This document shows, piece after piece, positions 43,664 through 52,758 of a stretch of 64,000 nt of DNA; positions within the stretch are counted from its first letter, which is position 1; each line of letters begins with the position of its first letter. Source of the stretch: Treponemataceae bacterium (GTDB taxonomy: Bacteria; Spirochaetota; Spirochaetia; Treponematales; Rectinemataceae); NCBI GenBank assembly GCA_963678065.2, contig CAXXVZ010000003.1, forward strand, positions 160,001 through 224,000, read 5' to 3'. Under the pieces are notes generated by a model. That model did no database searches, was not told the DNA's origin, and worked only from the letters and a program-made list of their open reading frames with translations. The position numbers and the translations under genes were made by a program.

Positions 43664-44115
43664 AATCTGGCGGAGCGCCGCAGCCCGATAATGGGGAACG
43701 CGCCGCCCCCCAGACGCCCAAAAGACCGAAACGGAGACTGAAAAACATTCTCGCTGCTTTCCTCGTCGTGTCTGTCGCCTCGGGCGGCCTGTACGCGTAT
43801 GTCCGCCTCAGCTCTCCTTTCATCCTCGCCCTGGAGCCTGCCGTCGCCGAGCCCGGATCTGTCATCAGGATCATCGGAAGCAATTTCGGGGACCGCCAGG
43901 GGGACTCCCGTGTTCTCATGGACGGAGTCGAGCCGACGCGCTCGTCCTACCGTTCGTGGACCGCTACGGCCATAGATATAGCAGTTCCCCCGACCGTGGA
44001 CTCCGGCCTCGTGCGGGTGTATACCTCGCACGGAGCGTCAAATCCCGCCATGTTCCTCAGCGCGGCCCTGCTGCCCCTCGTCGTCTCTTCTTCTTCTGGG
44101 GTAAAAAGCCCCTGA
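43660..44115 (+). CDS. membrane-anchored IPT/TIG-domain protein (short)
   Basis: TM, then PGSVIRIIGSNFG...W...VP...SG.V.V.T.HGASN. Confidence 0.7.
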   Translation: MKSGGAPQPDNGERAAPQTPKRPKRRLKNILAAFLVVSVASGGLYAYVRLSSPFILALEPAVAEPGSVIRIIGSNFGDRQGDSRVLMDGVEPTRSSYRSWTATAIDIAVPPTVDSGLVRVYTSHGASNPAMFLSAALLPLVVSSSSGVKSP

Positions 44116-44233
44116 GGGTCGGTCGGTTGCGACGAGTGCGGCCCGGGAGCCTGCCGTTGCGAAGATGCGGATTTCCTTTTATACATAGAGAAGCCGCCGG
44201 GTTCCGACGGACCGGCGCCCTTGAGGAGGAAAC

Positions 44234-45517
44234 ATGTCATTGATTCAAACACAGGATCCGGAACTCTGGAAGGCGATGGAGCTCGAATCCGCGCGGCAGA
44301 GAGACAAACTCGAACTGATCGCGAGCGAGAACTACACCTCGCGCGCCGTCATGGAGGCGGTCGGCTCCGTGCTGACCAACAAATACGCGGAAGGCTATCC
44401 GGGCAAGCGCTACTACGGCGGCTGCGAGTTCGTCGACATGGCGGAAAACCTCGCCCGCGATCGGGCAAAAGCCCTCTTCGGATCCGACCACGCCAATGTC
44501 CAGCCCCACTCGGGAAGCCAGGCGAACATGGGCGTACTCTTCGCGGTCCTCCAGCCGGGCGACACCATCCTGGGCATGGACCTCGCGCACGGCGGTCACC
44601 TGACGCACGGGGCTCCCGTCTCCTTCTCGGGAAAGATGTACAAGGTGGCGCGCTACGGGGTGAACCGCGAGACGGAGACCATCGACTACGAGGCTCTCGC
44701 CACCCTCGCGAGAGAGAACAAGCCGAAGGTCATCATCGCGGGCGCCTCGGCCTATTCGCGGGTCATCGACTTTGCCCGCTTCCGCGCCATAGCCGACGAA
44801 GTGGGCGCCTACCTCATGGTAGATATGGCGCATATCGCGGGACTGGTCGCGACGGGCCATCATCCGAGCCCGATACGGATCGCGGATTTCACGACGACGA
44901 CGACGCACAAGACCCTTCGCGGGCCGCGGGGCGGAGCGATCTTCGTCGGCACCGACAGGGAAAACGACCAAGGCATCATGACGCCGAAGAAAGACAGAGC
45001 GAAACTCTGGTCCGAGGTTGTGGACGGCACGATCATGCCGGGAATCCAGGGCGGACCGCTGATGCACGTGATCGCGGGCAAGGCGGTCGCCTTCCGCGAG
45101 GCTCTCGAGCCGGGCTTCAAGACCTACATCGGACAGGTGGTGGAGAATGCGGGGGCGATGGCCGCCGCCCTGGCCGCTGGCGGGGCGAGGATCGTGTCGG
45201 GCGGGACGGACAATCATCTTATGCTCGTCGACCTGACGCCGCTCGGAATTACGGGCAAGGAGGCGGAGGTCTGGCTCGACGAGGCGAACATCACGGTGAA
45301 CAAGAACGGCATCCCATTCGACCAGAAGAGCCCCTTCGTGACCTCCGGCATCCGCGTCGGGACCCCCGCCGTGACGACCCGGGGTATGAAGAAGGAAGAG
45401 ATGGGCGAGATTGCGGGCTACATCATGGATGTCCTTAAGTCCAAGGGCGACGCCTCCGTCATCTCCTCTGTCAAGTCCAAAGTACTGGCTCTCACCGCGC
45501 GCTTCCCTCTGCCGTGA
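44234..45517 (+). CDS. glyA: serine hydroxymethyltransferase
   Basis: [45 protein letters not shown]. Confidence 0.98.
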   Translation: MSLIQTQDPELWKAMELESARQRDKLELIASENYTSRAVMEAVGSVLTNKYAEGYPGKRYYGGCEFVDMAENLARDRAKALFGSDHANVQPHSGSQANMGVLFAVLQPGDTILGMDLAHGGHLTHGAPVSFSGKMYKVARYGVNRETETIDYEALATLARENKPKVIIAGASAYSRVIDFARFRAIADEVGAYLMVDMAHIAGLVATGHHPSPIRIADFTTTTTHKTLRGPRGGAIFVGTDRENDQGIMTPKKDRAKLWSEVVDGTIMPGIQGGPLMHVIAGKAVAFREALEPGFKTYIGQVVENAGAMAAALAAGGARIVSGGTDNHLMLVDLTPLGITGKEAEVWLDEANITVNKNGIPFDQKSPFVTSGIRVGTPAVTTRGMKKEEMGEIAGYIMDVLKSKGDASVISSVKSKVLALTARFPLP

Positions 45518-46605
45518 TCTGCGGTCTTTCGGCGGCAGGATTGCTCGGCCGCGAAGCCTTCCTCGAGCTGCTGGACCGGTGCGGAACCGACAGACTAGTC
45601 CGCGCGCGGTACGGTATGGATTCCGTGAAGGCTGTGCTGGTCGGTGCCCTCGCCTACGGCGAGGGCACTCTGCCTCCGCCCGCCTGGGCGACCGGGCGGA
45701 ACGGGATGGGGCAGGGCTCCGTGCTCCGGATCGCCCGCTTCGCGCGCGCCGACTGGTACGCCGAACTCACTGCCTGCCTGAAAAGTCTGGCCCGCGGCAT
45801 CCACGACGGACTTCCTGACGATCATCCCGCGCGCGCCTTCGGATTCAGGCAAGGCTGGCATTGCCTCGCCAACTCCCGTCTCCCCGAAAAAGCCCTCGCT
45901 GTTGCGGCCGGTCTCGGATTCATCGGCAGAAACAGTCTCCTCATCGTCACCCGATCGCGCGGTGCCGGATTCCCCTCTCAGGAGTCAGCCGGCGCGGCCC
46001 TGGGGCCGGGAGTCGTCCTCGGCCTTCTCCTCATGCCTGTCGACGCGGATACTGCGCGGAACGCCATTCTGCGCCTCTCCGGCGGAGCCGTATCCGATCC
46101 TGACGACCCCGCAATCCCTTCCGGCGAATGTGTCGCCACCAGACCGGCCATCTCCGCGAATCCGGATTTTCCGGGAAAACCCGGAGCTCTCTGCGGTTCC
46201 TGTCGGGCCTGCGTCGATGCCTGCCCCACGCATGCGGTGCTGCCCGGAGGCGGGATCGAACGGGAGCTCTGCCTCCAGCACTGGTCGACCATTCCGGGCG
46301 AGCTTCCCGATGCAATCAAGAGGAATTGGGGTGAGCGGCTCTACGGCTGCGATGTCTGCCTCGAGGCATGTCCCTGGTTCCGGGACTCGTCGAATGGTCG
46401 CCTTCCGACTCGCGGGATACTCGGTCCTTCGCTGCCGACGGGTTTCTTCCTCTCCGCCACGGACAGCGAGATCCGTACGCGCCTTTCGCGCACCGCCCTT
46501 GGGCTCGGCTGGATGCCGCCTGAGGCCTTCAGGCGGAACGCCGGGGTCGCGGCCGGGACTGCCGGAACAATCGAAGCGACCGGGACAGCCGGAGCGCGTC
46601 CATGA
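45514..46605 (+). CDS. queG: epoxyqueuosine reductase-like 4Fe-4S protein
   Basis: [41 protein letters not shown]. Confidence 0.7.
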   Translation: MICGLSAAGLLGREAFLELLDRCGTDRLVRARYGMDSVKAVLVGALAYGEGTLPPPAWATGRNGMGQGSVLRIARFARADWYAELTACLKSLARGIHDGLPDDHPARAFGFRQGWHCLANSRLPEKALAVAAGLGFIGRNSLLIVTRSRGAGFPSQESAGAALGPGVVLGLLLMPVDADTARNAILRLSGGAVSDPDDPAIPSGECVATRPAISANPDFPGKPGALCGSCRACVDACPTHAVLPGGGIERELCLQHWSTIPGELPDAIKRNWGERLYGCDVCLEACPWFRDSSNGRLPTRGILGPSLPTGFFLSATDSEIRTRLSRTALGLGWMPPEAFRRNAGVAAGTAGTIEATGTAGARP

Positions 46606-47555
46606 TCGATGCCGCGACCATGCGCGCCCGCTCACGAATCGTGACTGCGACGCGGGACTTCTTCCTTTCACGGGGCTACCTCGAGAGCGACACGCCAGCC
46701 CTCGCCCCCTCCCTCATCCCAGAATCCAGCATCGAAGTCTTCGCGACATCCCTCGTCCATCCCTGGAAACCCGCGAGGGAACTCTATCTCGTCCCCTCGC
46801 CCGAAGTCTGGATGAAGCGCATCATCGCGCGGACCGGGTCCAGCGTCTTCCAGATCTGCAAATCTTTCCGGAACGCCGAATCATCCGGTCCCGTGCACAG
46901 CCACGAGTTCACCATGCTCGAGTACTACACTGTCGGCGCCTCGAGTAGGGACAACATCGCCCTCACCGAGGAACTCTTCTCGGCTTGTCTTCAGTACGAC
47001 AGCCCGCCGTGGCTGCGGCCGCCTTTCCGGGTCATGACCATGGCCGAGGCCTTCAGCGAGATCGCCCGCCTCGACTTGCTCCACCTCGACTCGGTCGGGG
47101 CGATGGCTGAAGCCGCCCGTTCCAGAGGCCTCATGGTCCCCGAAGGAAGCTCCTGGGAGGATGCCTTCAACATCCTCTTTCTCTCCCTCGTCGAGCCGGA
47201 ACTCCCCGCCGACAGGGCCCTCGTTCTCGACGAATACCCCTCAGGGATAGAGTGCCTCGCGCGCGATCTGCCCGGAGGCGTCTTCAAGGAGCGTTGGGAG
47301 CTCTACGTCCGCGGCGTCGAGCTGGCCAACTGCTACACCGAAGAGAGGAACCCTGCCGCGGTGCGGCGCTACTTCGATTCGCAGACGGCGCGCAAGGCGA
47401 CCGCCCTCGTTCCCCACGCTGTCGACTCAGGCTATCCGGAGCTTTTCCGCGATTTTCCCGCCTGTTCGGGCGTCGCCGTCGGCTTCGACCGCTTTGTCAT
47501 GTCGCTCCTCGGGCGCACGCGCCTCGCCGAGGTCCTCATGTCCTGTTTCGAATGA
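46602..47555 (+). CDS. epmA: EF-P lysine aminoacylase (EpmA/GenX)
   Basis: LysRS2-like catalytic core without anticodon domain; SPE, FRNAE, EFTMLEYY, ELANCYTE, GVAVGFDR; next to efp. Confidence 0.85.
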   Translation: MIDAATMRARSRIVTATRDFFLSRGYLESDTPALAPSLIPESSIEVFATSLVHPWKPARELYLVPSPEVWMKRIIARTGSSVFQICKSFRNAESSGPVHSHEFTMLEYYTVGASSRDNIALTEELFSACLQYDSPPWLRPPFRVMTMAEAFSEIARLDLLHLDSVGAMAEAARSRGLMVPEGSSWEDAFNILFLSLVEPELPADRALVLDEYPSGIECLARDLPGGVFKERWELYVRGVELANCYTEERNPAAVRRYFDSQTARKATALVPHAVDSGYPELFRDFPACSGVAVGFDRFVMSLLGRTRLAEVLMSCFE

Positions 47556-47621
47556 CGGGCTGGCCGCCTGGCTCTCTGGCCGATCCAGATCCTGCGCAGA
47601 CAAACATCCCTGCGAAATGGC

Positions 47622-47650
47622 TTTACTTAATCTCTTTCGTTCCGTAGTAT
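47622..47650 (+). promoter_or_regulatory. sigma70-type promoter of efp
   Basis: TTTACT-17-TAGTAT. Confidence 0.55.
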
Positions 47651-47731
47651 GTCTTGGGAAAAACGGAACCGGCCGGCAGGGGCTCAAGGCTACAGGTTCC
47701 CGGCAACGAGAAGGAACGAGGAGCATCGATC

Positions 47732-48295
47732 ATGATCCGTGGCGGGGAAATCAATATAGGAACCTGTCTTCTGATCAACGGGAATCCCCACGTCGTCGTC
47801 GAACGGGATTTCGTGAGCCCCGGAAAGGGCTCGGCCTTCGCCCGCGTCAAGGCCAAAAACCTCAAATCGGGCAACGTCATCACCCAGGCCATCAAGACAG
47901 CCGACTTCGTCGAGGACGCCCAGGTCGAGCTCTCCGATTGTCAGTACCAGTACTCCGACGGCGAGAACTTCGTCTTCATGGACAACGAGAGCTTCGAGCA
48001 GTTTCTGATCCCCATCGCGACCCAGAAAGAGAAGCGGGTCTACCTCAAGGAGGGCGAGACCTACACCATCGTGATGTGGGAGGGCGATCCGATCGATATA
48101 AAGATTCCCTACAAGATGGTCTTCACGGTTGTGGAGAGCGAAAACTATGTCAGGGGCGACACGGTCTCGGGGGCGACAAAGCCTGTTACCACAGAAACCG
48201 GACTTGTCGTCAGGGTTCCTCTGTTCATCAAGCAGGGCGAGAAGATCCTGGTCAACACCGAGTCCAACGATTACGTGGAGAGAGTCAACGATTAA
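47732..48295 (+). CDS. efp: elongation factor P
   Basis: PGKG loop, FMDNESFEQ, GDTVSGATKP, VPLFIKQGE, YVER. Confidence 0.97.
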   Translation: MIRGGEINIGTCLLINGNPHVVVERDFVSPGKGSAFARVKAKNLKSGNVITQAIKTADFVEDAQVELSDCQYQYSDGENFVFMDNESFEQFLIPIATQKEKRVYLKEGETYTIVMWEGDPIDIKIPYKMVFTVVESENYVRGDTVSGATKPVTTETGLVVRVPLFIKQGEKILVNTESNDYVERVND

Positions 48296-49637
48296 CCTCA
48301 CAGAGCTTGTCAACAAAACGGTGGCTTTCCGGTTCATGGGCGCCGATCTCAGACTGGATCTTTCGCACGCCCTGTTCTCCTCTTTCGATATCGACCAAGG
48401 TACGAGGATGCTCCTCAAAGCGGTGGCCAGGGACGAGGTTCTCGCGAGGGCGCGTCATGTCCTCGACGCGGGTTGCGGAACAGGCGTCATCGGGCTCTCC
48501 ATAGCCAAGGCTTTCGGGCAGGCAGAAGTCGTCATGCGGGACCGCGATCTCCTAGCCGTCGCCTTTTCAGAGCGAAACCGTGTGCAGAACCGGCTTGTCG
48601 GTGTCACGGCATGGACCGATCCCGTCACGGGCGCGGTCCGGAATCCTGTCGCCGCTCCGCTCGCCTGTCCCGGCCTTCTCGCCGACGGGCGCGAGGGCGG
48701 TCCCTACGATTTCATCCTGTCCAACCTTCCCGCAAAGGCCGGAGCCCCTGTTCTCGAGGCCTTTTTCCGCAACTGCGGCGCGACCGGCATACTCGCTCCG
48801 GGCGGACGCCTCGCCGTCGTCATCGTGAACACCCTCGCCGAAAATGCGGCACAGTGGATCGCAGGCGCCGGGCTTGCCTCCGTAAAGATCGAGAAGGGAG
48901 GGGGACACACCGTCTACATTGCGGAAAAGCCTCTTCTCGAGAGCTTCCGGCGGGACGGTTTAGGGCAGGGGACGCTGCCATCCGCTTCCGGCGCTCTGCC
49001 GGAGCCCGCGTCCGGAGTGGCTTTCGAAGCCCCGAAGGATTTGAGCCTCTCCGCTATGGGCCTCTATCTGCGCCATGAAGGAAACGTCAGGGTCGGAACG
49101 CGCAGCTTCGCGGCGAAAGGATACTGGGGGCTTCCTGACTTCGACACCGTGAACCACGCCACGAATCTCGCCGCGGAGGTCATGAGCCGCACCCTCGCCG
49201 GCTCCCTCATACGCGAGTGCCTTCTCGTGAATCCGGGAGTCGGCCACCTCGCGCTCTGGATTTCCCGGGTTTTCGGTCCGAAAACGATCCGAGTGGCCTC
49301 CCGCGACACGCTCTCCCTCCTCGCCGTACAGGACAACCTCGCGCTCTCGGGACGTGCAGAGATGGAGTGCCTGCCCATGAGCTCCCTCGAACTGGAGGGG
49401 CTCAAGACGGCAGGAACCGACCTCGTCGTCTGGACGCCCGATCTCGTTCCCGACTTCGACTGGACACAGCCCGCCTGGGCTACGGCGAGTTCGATCTGCA
49501 AGGTCGGTGCCTGCATCGTCCTCATCTCGACTCCGACGGAGCTGGTCCGTTTTGCGAAGCGCAAGCCGGCGGGCTGGCGCTCTCTCGTCGACAAGCGCAG
49601 AAGGGGTATGGCTGTCATGGTGTTCCGCCGGGAGTGA
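48291..49637 (+). CDS. class I SAM-dependent methyltransferase (RsmC/MTS-like, two-domain); start uncertain (ATT 48291 or GTG 48321)
   Basis: LFSS.DID.GT, VLDAGCGTGVIG, ILSNLPAKAG. Confidence 0.8.
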   Translation: MNLTELVNKTVAFRFMGADLRLDLSHALFSSFDIDQGTRMLLKAVARDEVLARARHVLDAGCGTGVIGLSIAKAFGQAEVVMRDRDLLAVAFSERNRVQNRLVGVTAWTDPVTGAVRNPVAAPLACPGLLADGREGGPYDFILSNLPAKAGAPVLEAFFRNCGATGILAPGGRLAVVIVNTLAENAAQWIAGAGLASVKIEKGGGHTVYIAEKPLLESFRRDGLGQGTLPSASGALPEPASGVAFEAPKDLSLSAMGLYLRHEGNVRVGTRSFAAKGYWGLPDFDTVNHATNLAAEVMSRTLAGSLIRECLLVNPGVGHLALWISRVFGPKTIRVASRDTLSLLAVQDNLALSGRAEMECLPMSSLELEGLKTAGTDLVVWTPDLVPDFDWTQPAWATASSICKVGACIVLISTPTELVRFAKRKPAGWRSLVDKRRRGMAVMVFRRE

Positions 49638-49695
49638 GGGCCTCGCGTCCACCCTTCCGCTTCCTGCGCTGGCTTGCCGACACCTGTGCACGATA

Positions 49696-49724
49696 TTGTA
49701 CACCTCGCCGTATCTTGTTATAGT
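49696..49724 (+). promoter_or_regulatory. sigma70 promoter of a leaderless gene
   Basis: TTGTAC-17-TATAGT with TGn extension, 6 nt before ATG 49731. Confidence 0.6.
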
Positions 49725-49730
49725 ATTTGG

Positions 49731-50597
49731 ATGAACAAAGCCGAAAGCGCCATCATGGGCGCCAGGACTCCCGAAGCCTACATTGAAGCTTCTTTCGCGT
49801 CGAAGCTCGCGCCCTCGGTGAAAGTGCGCCTTGCGCGCGCCTGGATGCGGGCGACCGGATATACAGCCGAAGACATCCAGAGGGCGCGCAACAGACACCC
49901 TTTCTGGAAAGCGAAGAAAGCGGAAGGCGCCGCCGAACGCACCAAGAAGCGCCAGGGCGAGCACGACTACTCGGGTGGAGTCGAACTGGTCTGGACTGCC
50001 TCTCTTGTCGGTGAATTTCTCGGCATGAACGGCAAAGACGAGACGGGACGCTACCAGAACAAGGACTGGGAAATGGCGAAGCGCTTCCGCACGACCATCC
50101 CCTCCATACAGTACATGCGGCGCAGACTCGCCCTTGCGAAGCGCAGCCTCGGCCCCAGGGCCGGCAAATCCGAAATCATCGCGTTCCTCTGTCATGGCCA
50201 GACCGCCGAAGCGATACCCGGCAAAAAAACTTTGCCGGCAGTGCCGAAATCCAAAAGCAAGGCGGGCGCGGACTCAAGGCCCAGAGCCAAATCCGCGTTC
50301 GGCGTCAAACCCGTAAGCGGGAGAAAACCGGATGAGCCGGGGAGACGAGAGGGATCGACCGCCTCCACAAGGAGCCTTTCCAGAGCCAGTTCTGCAGGCA
50401 GGACCCCGGAAGCTGCGGCACCGAAGAAGTCTGGACTCCGAAGCGGATCAGACAGGAGAGAGGCCCCGAGAAGCTCCGCGAAGGACAAGTTCAGGAGTGA
50501 AAAAAAGGCCGTCGGGGCGAAGCGGAACCTTGCGGGAAAGAAACCGGCCCCGTCCAGGTCCGCGACCCGTCCCGGAAAACCGCCCAGGCAGAAGTGA
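49731..50597 (+). CDS. hypothetical basic protein with Lys/Arg/Ser/Ala-rich C-terminal tail
   Basis: 288-aa ORF; HTH-like DWEMAKRFRTTIPSIQYMRRR; ~120-aa low-complexity basic tail. Confidence 0.75.
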   Translation: MNKAESAIMGARTPEAYIEASFASKLAPSVKVRLARAWMRATGYTAEDIQRARNRHPFWKAKKAEGAAERTKKRQGEHDYSGGVELVWTASLVGEFLGMNGKDETGRYQNKDWEMAKRFRTTIPSIQYMRRRLALAKRSLGPRAGKSEIIAFLCHGQTAEAIPGKKTLPAVPKSKSKAGADSRPRAKSAFGVKPVSGRKPDEPGRREGSTASTRSLSRASSAGRTPEAAAPKKSGLRSGSDRREAPRSSAKDKFRSEKKAVGAKRNLAGKKPAPSRSATRPGKPPRQK

Positions 50598-50618
50598 CCT
50601 GACCGGATAGCCGCCTTT

Positions 50619-52688
50619 CTACGCCCCGCTGCCCGTCGAGCCCTCGCCGAAGGGCGGCGCCCGCTTCAGAACCTCGCGCAGGACAGTGTTCTCGCTTCCG
50701 AGCAGACCCGGGTCCGCCGCAGCTATCCCGAAGGCGTCCGCCCGCGCTTTTTCCAGGATTCCGATGTCGCCGATGGGATCCGCTATGGCGAGTTTGAGGG
50801 CTCCCGCCTGCGCGGTCCCTGCGATCTCGCCGGGGCCGCGGATGCGAAGGTCCTCTTCAGCGAGGACGAAGCCGTCCGAAGTCGAGAGCATGGCTTTGAG
50901 CCTGGCCTTCGCGTCCTCCGTCGGCTGTTCCGCGTAGACGAGAAAGCAGTAGGACTGTGCGCTTCCGCGTCCGACCCTTCCTCTGAGCTGGTGCAGGGCG
51001 GCCAGGCCGAAACGCTCGGCGTGCTCCACGACCATGACGGCCGCGTTCGGTACGTCGACGCCGACTTCCACGACGGTTGTCGCCACCAGGACCGAGCTTC
51101 TTCCTTTCACGAAATCGTCCATCACGCTTCGCTTGTCGACTTCTTTGAGCCGGGAATGAATGAGGCCGACCCTGTATCCCGCGAAGACCATCGAGGAGAG
51201 CTCCTGTGCCATGGACTGTGCGTCCTTGAGGTCTGCCTTTTCCGACTCTTCTATGAGCGGATACACGAAATATGCCTGCCTGCCCTCGGCGAGGAGTTTG
51301 CGGACGAAATCGTAGACCTTGGGGGCGTTTTTCGTCGTCGCGAGGTGGGTGACGATGGGTTTGCGGCCGGGCGGCATCGTGCGGATGGTTGAAACCGCGA
51401 GATCTCCGAAGACGGTGAGGGCGAGAGTCCTCGGGATGGGGGTGGCCGTCATCATGAGAAGGTCGGGCATGTCGCCTTTGCGCCCCATGGCCACCCTCTG
51501 GAGGACTCCGAAACGGTGCTGTTCGTCCACGACGGCGAGCCTGAGGTTTTTGTAGACGACATCCTCCGAAAAGAGAGCGTGCGTCCCGAGGACGATGTCG
51601 AGGCTGCCCGAGGCCAGGGCGGCGAGAACCTCCCTGCGCGAAGCGTCGTCGGTGGTTCCCGAGAGAAAGGCGAGCCGCAGGCCGAGGGGTTCGAGGAGGC
51701 TCGCGGTCGTCGCGGCGTGCTGACGCGCGAGGAGCTCGGTCGGAGCGAGAATTGCGGCCTGGCCGCCTGATTCGACGGCGTGGAGGCAGGCGACGAGGGC
51801 GACCAGGGTCTTGCCCGAACCGACATCGCCCTGGAGGAGGCGGGCCATGGGATGCGGACCTGACATGTCCTGGACGATTTCCGCGCACGACCTGTCCTGG
51901 TCGGGCGTGAGTTCGAAGGGCAGCCGTTCGCGCAGCCGTCGCTCGAGAAGCCCTGTCGAGATTCCGCGCGGAATCTCGATCTGCCTCCGGTACAGAGCCC
52001 TGCGCGCCACGGCGAGCTGGAAGAAGAACAGCTCTTCGTAGGCCAGACTCTCCCGGGCGGCGCGATACTCTTCGACGGAGGCCGGAAAATGGATATGCCG
52101 CAGCGCCTCGGCCTTGTGCAGGAGACCGCGCGAGGAGAGGAGGGAAGGGGGTAGTTCGTCCTCTACGCGGCTGCCCGAGACCTCGAGGGCCGTCTTGACG
52201 AGGCGCCTGACCGTCCCCTGGGCGAGTCCTTCCGTGAGGGCGTAGACGGGCACCATGCCCGACTTGGGCTCCTGACCCCCTTCCAGGGGCTCGACTTCGA
52301 AGGCGGAAGACTGAATGACGCCGTAGCGGAACTGGAATTTTCCGGTGACGAGGACGCGCGATCCGACAGGCATCTGTTTTTCGAGAAAAGCCCTGTTGAA
52401 GCAGACGAGGACGGCACGGGCCGTGTCATCCGCCACGACCAGCTTCAGGGTCCGCATGCGGCCGTAGCCGAACCATTCGTGGGCGAGGACCGTCGCCTCC
52501 GTGTGGACTTTCTCCCCCGTCGCGAAAGCCGAAAGAGGGATAGCGCGGGTCCTGTCGTCGTAGTCGCGGGGAAAGCGCCCGAGAAGATCGGCCACGGTGA
52601 GGATGCCCATCCGGGCCAATTTCTGTATGACGGCCTTGCCCGCTCCGTGCAGGACAGCGACCGGCTGTTTCAACTCGCGCAAAAACAC
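50619..52688 (-). CDS. recG: ATP-dependent DNA helicase RecG
   Basis: QGDVGSGKT, DEQHRFG, MTATPIPRT, QLRGRVGRG, DL.IRGPGE. Confidence 0.97.
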   Translation of the reverse strand: MFLRELKQPVAVLHGAGKAVIQKLARMGILTVADLLGRFPRDYDDRTRAIPLSAFATGEKVHTEATVLAHEWFGYGRMRTLKLVVADDTARAVLVCFNRAFLEKQMPVGSRVLVTGKFQFRYGVIQSSAFEVEPLEGGQEPKSGMVPVYALTEGLAQGTVRRLVKTALEVSGSRVEDELPPSLLSSRGLLHKAEALRHIHFPASVEEYRAARESLAYEELFFFQLAVARRALYRRQIEIPRGISTGLLERRLRERLPFELTPDQDRSCAEIVQDMSGPHPMARLLQGDVGSGKTLVALVACLHAVESGGQAAILAPTELLARQHAATTASLLEPLGLRLAFLSGTTDDASRREVLAALASGSLDIVLGTHALFSEDVVYKNLRLAVVDEQHRFGVLQRVAMGRKGDMPDLLMMTATPIPRTLALTVFGDLAVSTIRTMPPGRKPIVTHLATTKNAPKVYDFVRKLLAEGRQAYFVYPLIEESEKADLKDAQSMAQELSSMVFAGYRVGLIHSRLKEVDKRSVMDDFVKGRSSVLVATTVVEVGVDVPNAAVMVVEHAERFGLAALHQLRGRVGRGSAQSYCFLVYAEQPTEDAKARLKAMLSTSDGFVLAEEDLRIRGPGEIAGTAQAGALKLAIADPIGDIGILEKARADAFGIAAADPGLLGSENTVLREVLKRAPPFGEGSTGSGA

Positions 52689-52758
52689 GGAAAGGAGTAT
52701 ACTCGGAACGCCCCCGTCCGCGGTAGACCTGCAACCGGCCGGGAAAGGAGTACATCAC

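Noticed and set aside
44116..44233. ZMP/ZTP or THF riboswitch upstream of glyA
   Set aside because: GC-rich hairpins are present, but I could not match the conserved aptamer cores; an Rfam scan would settle it
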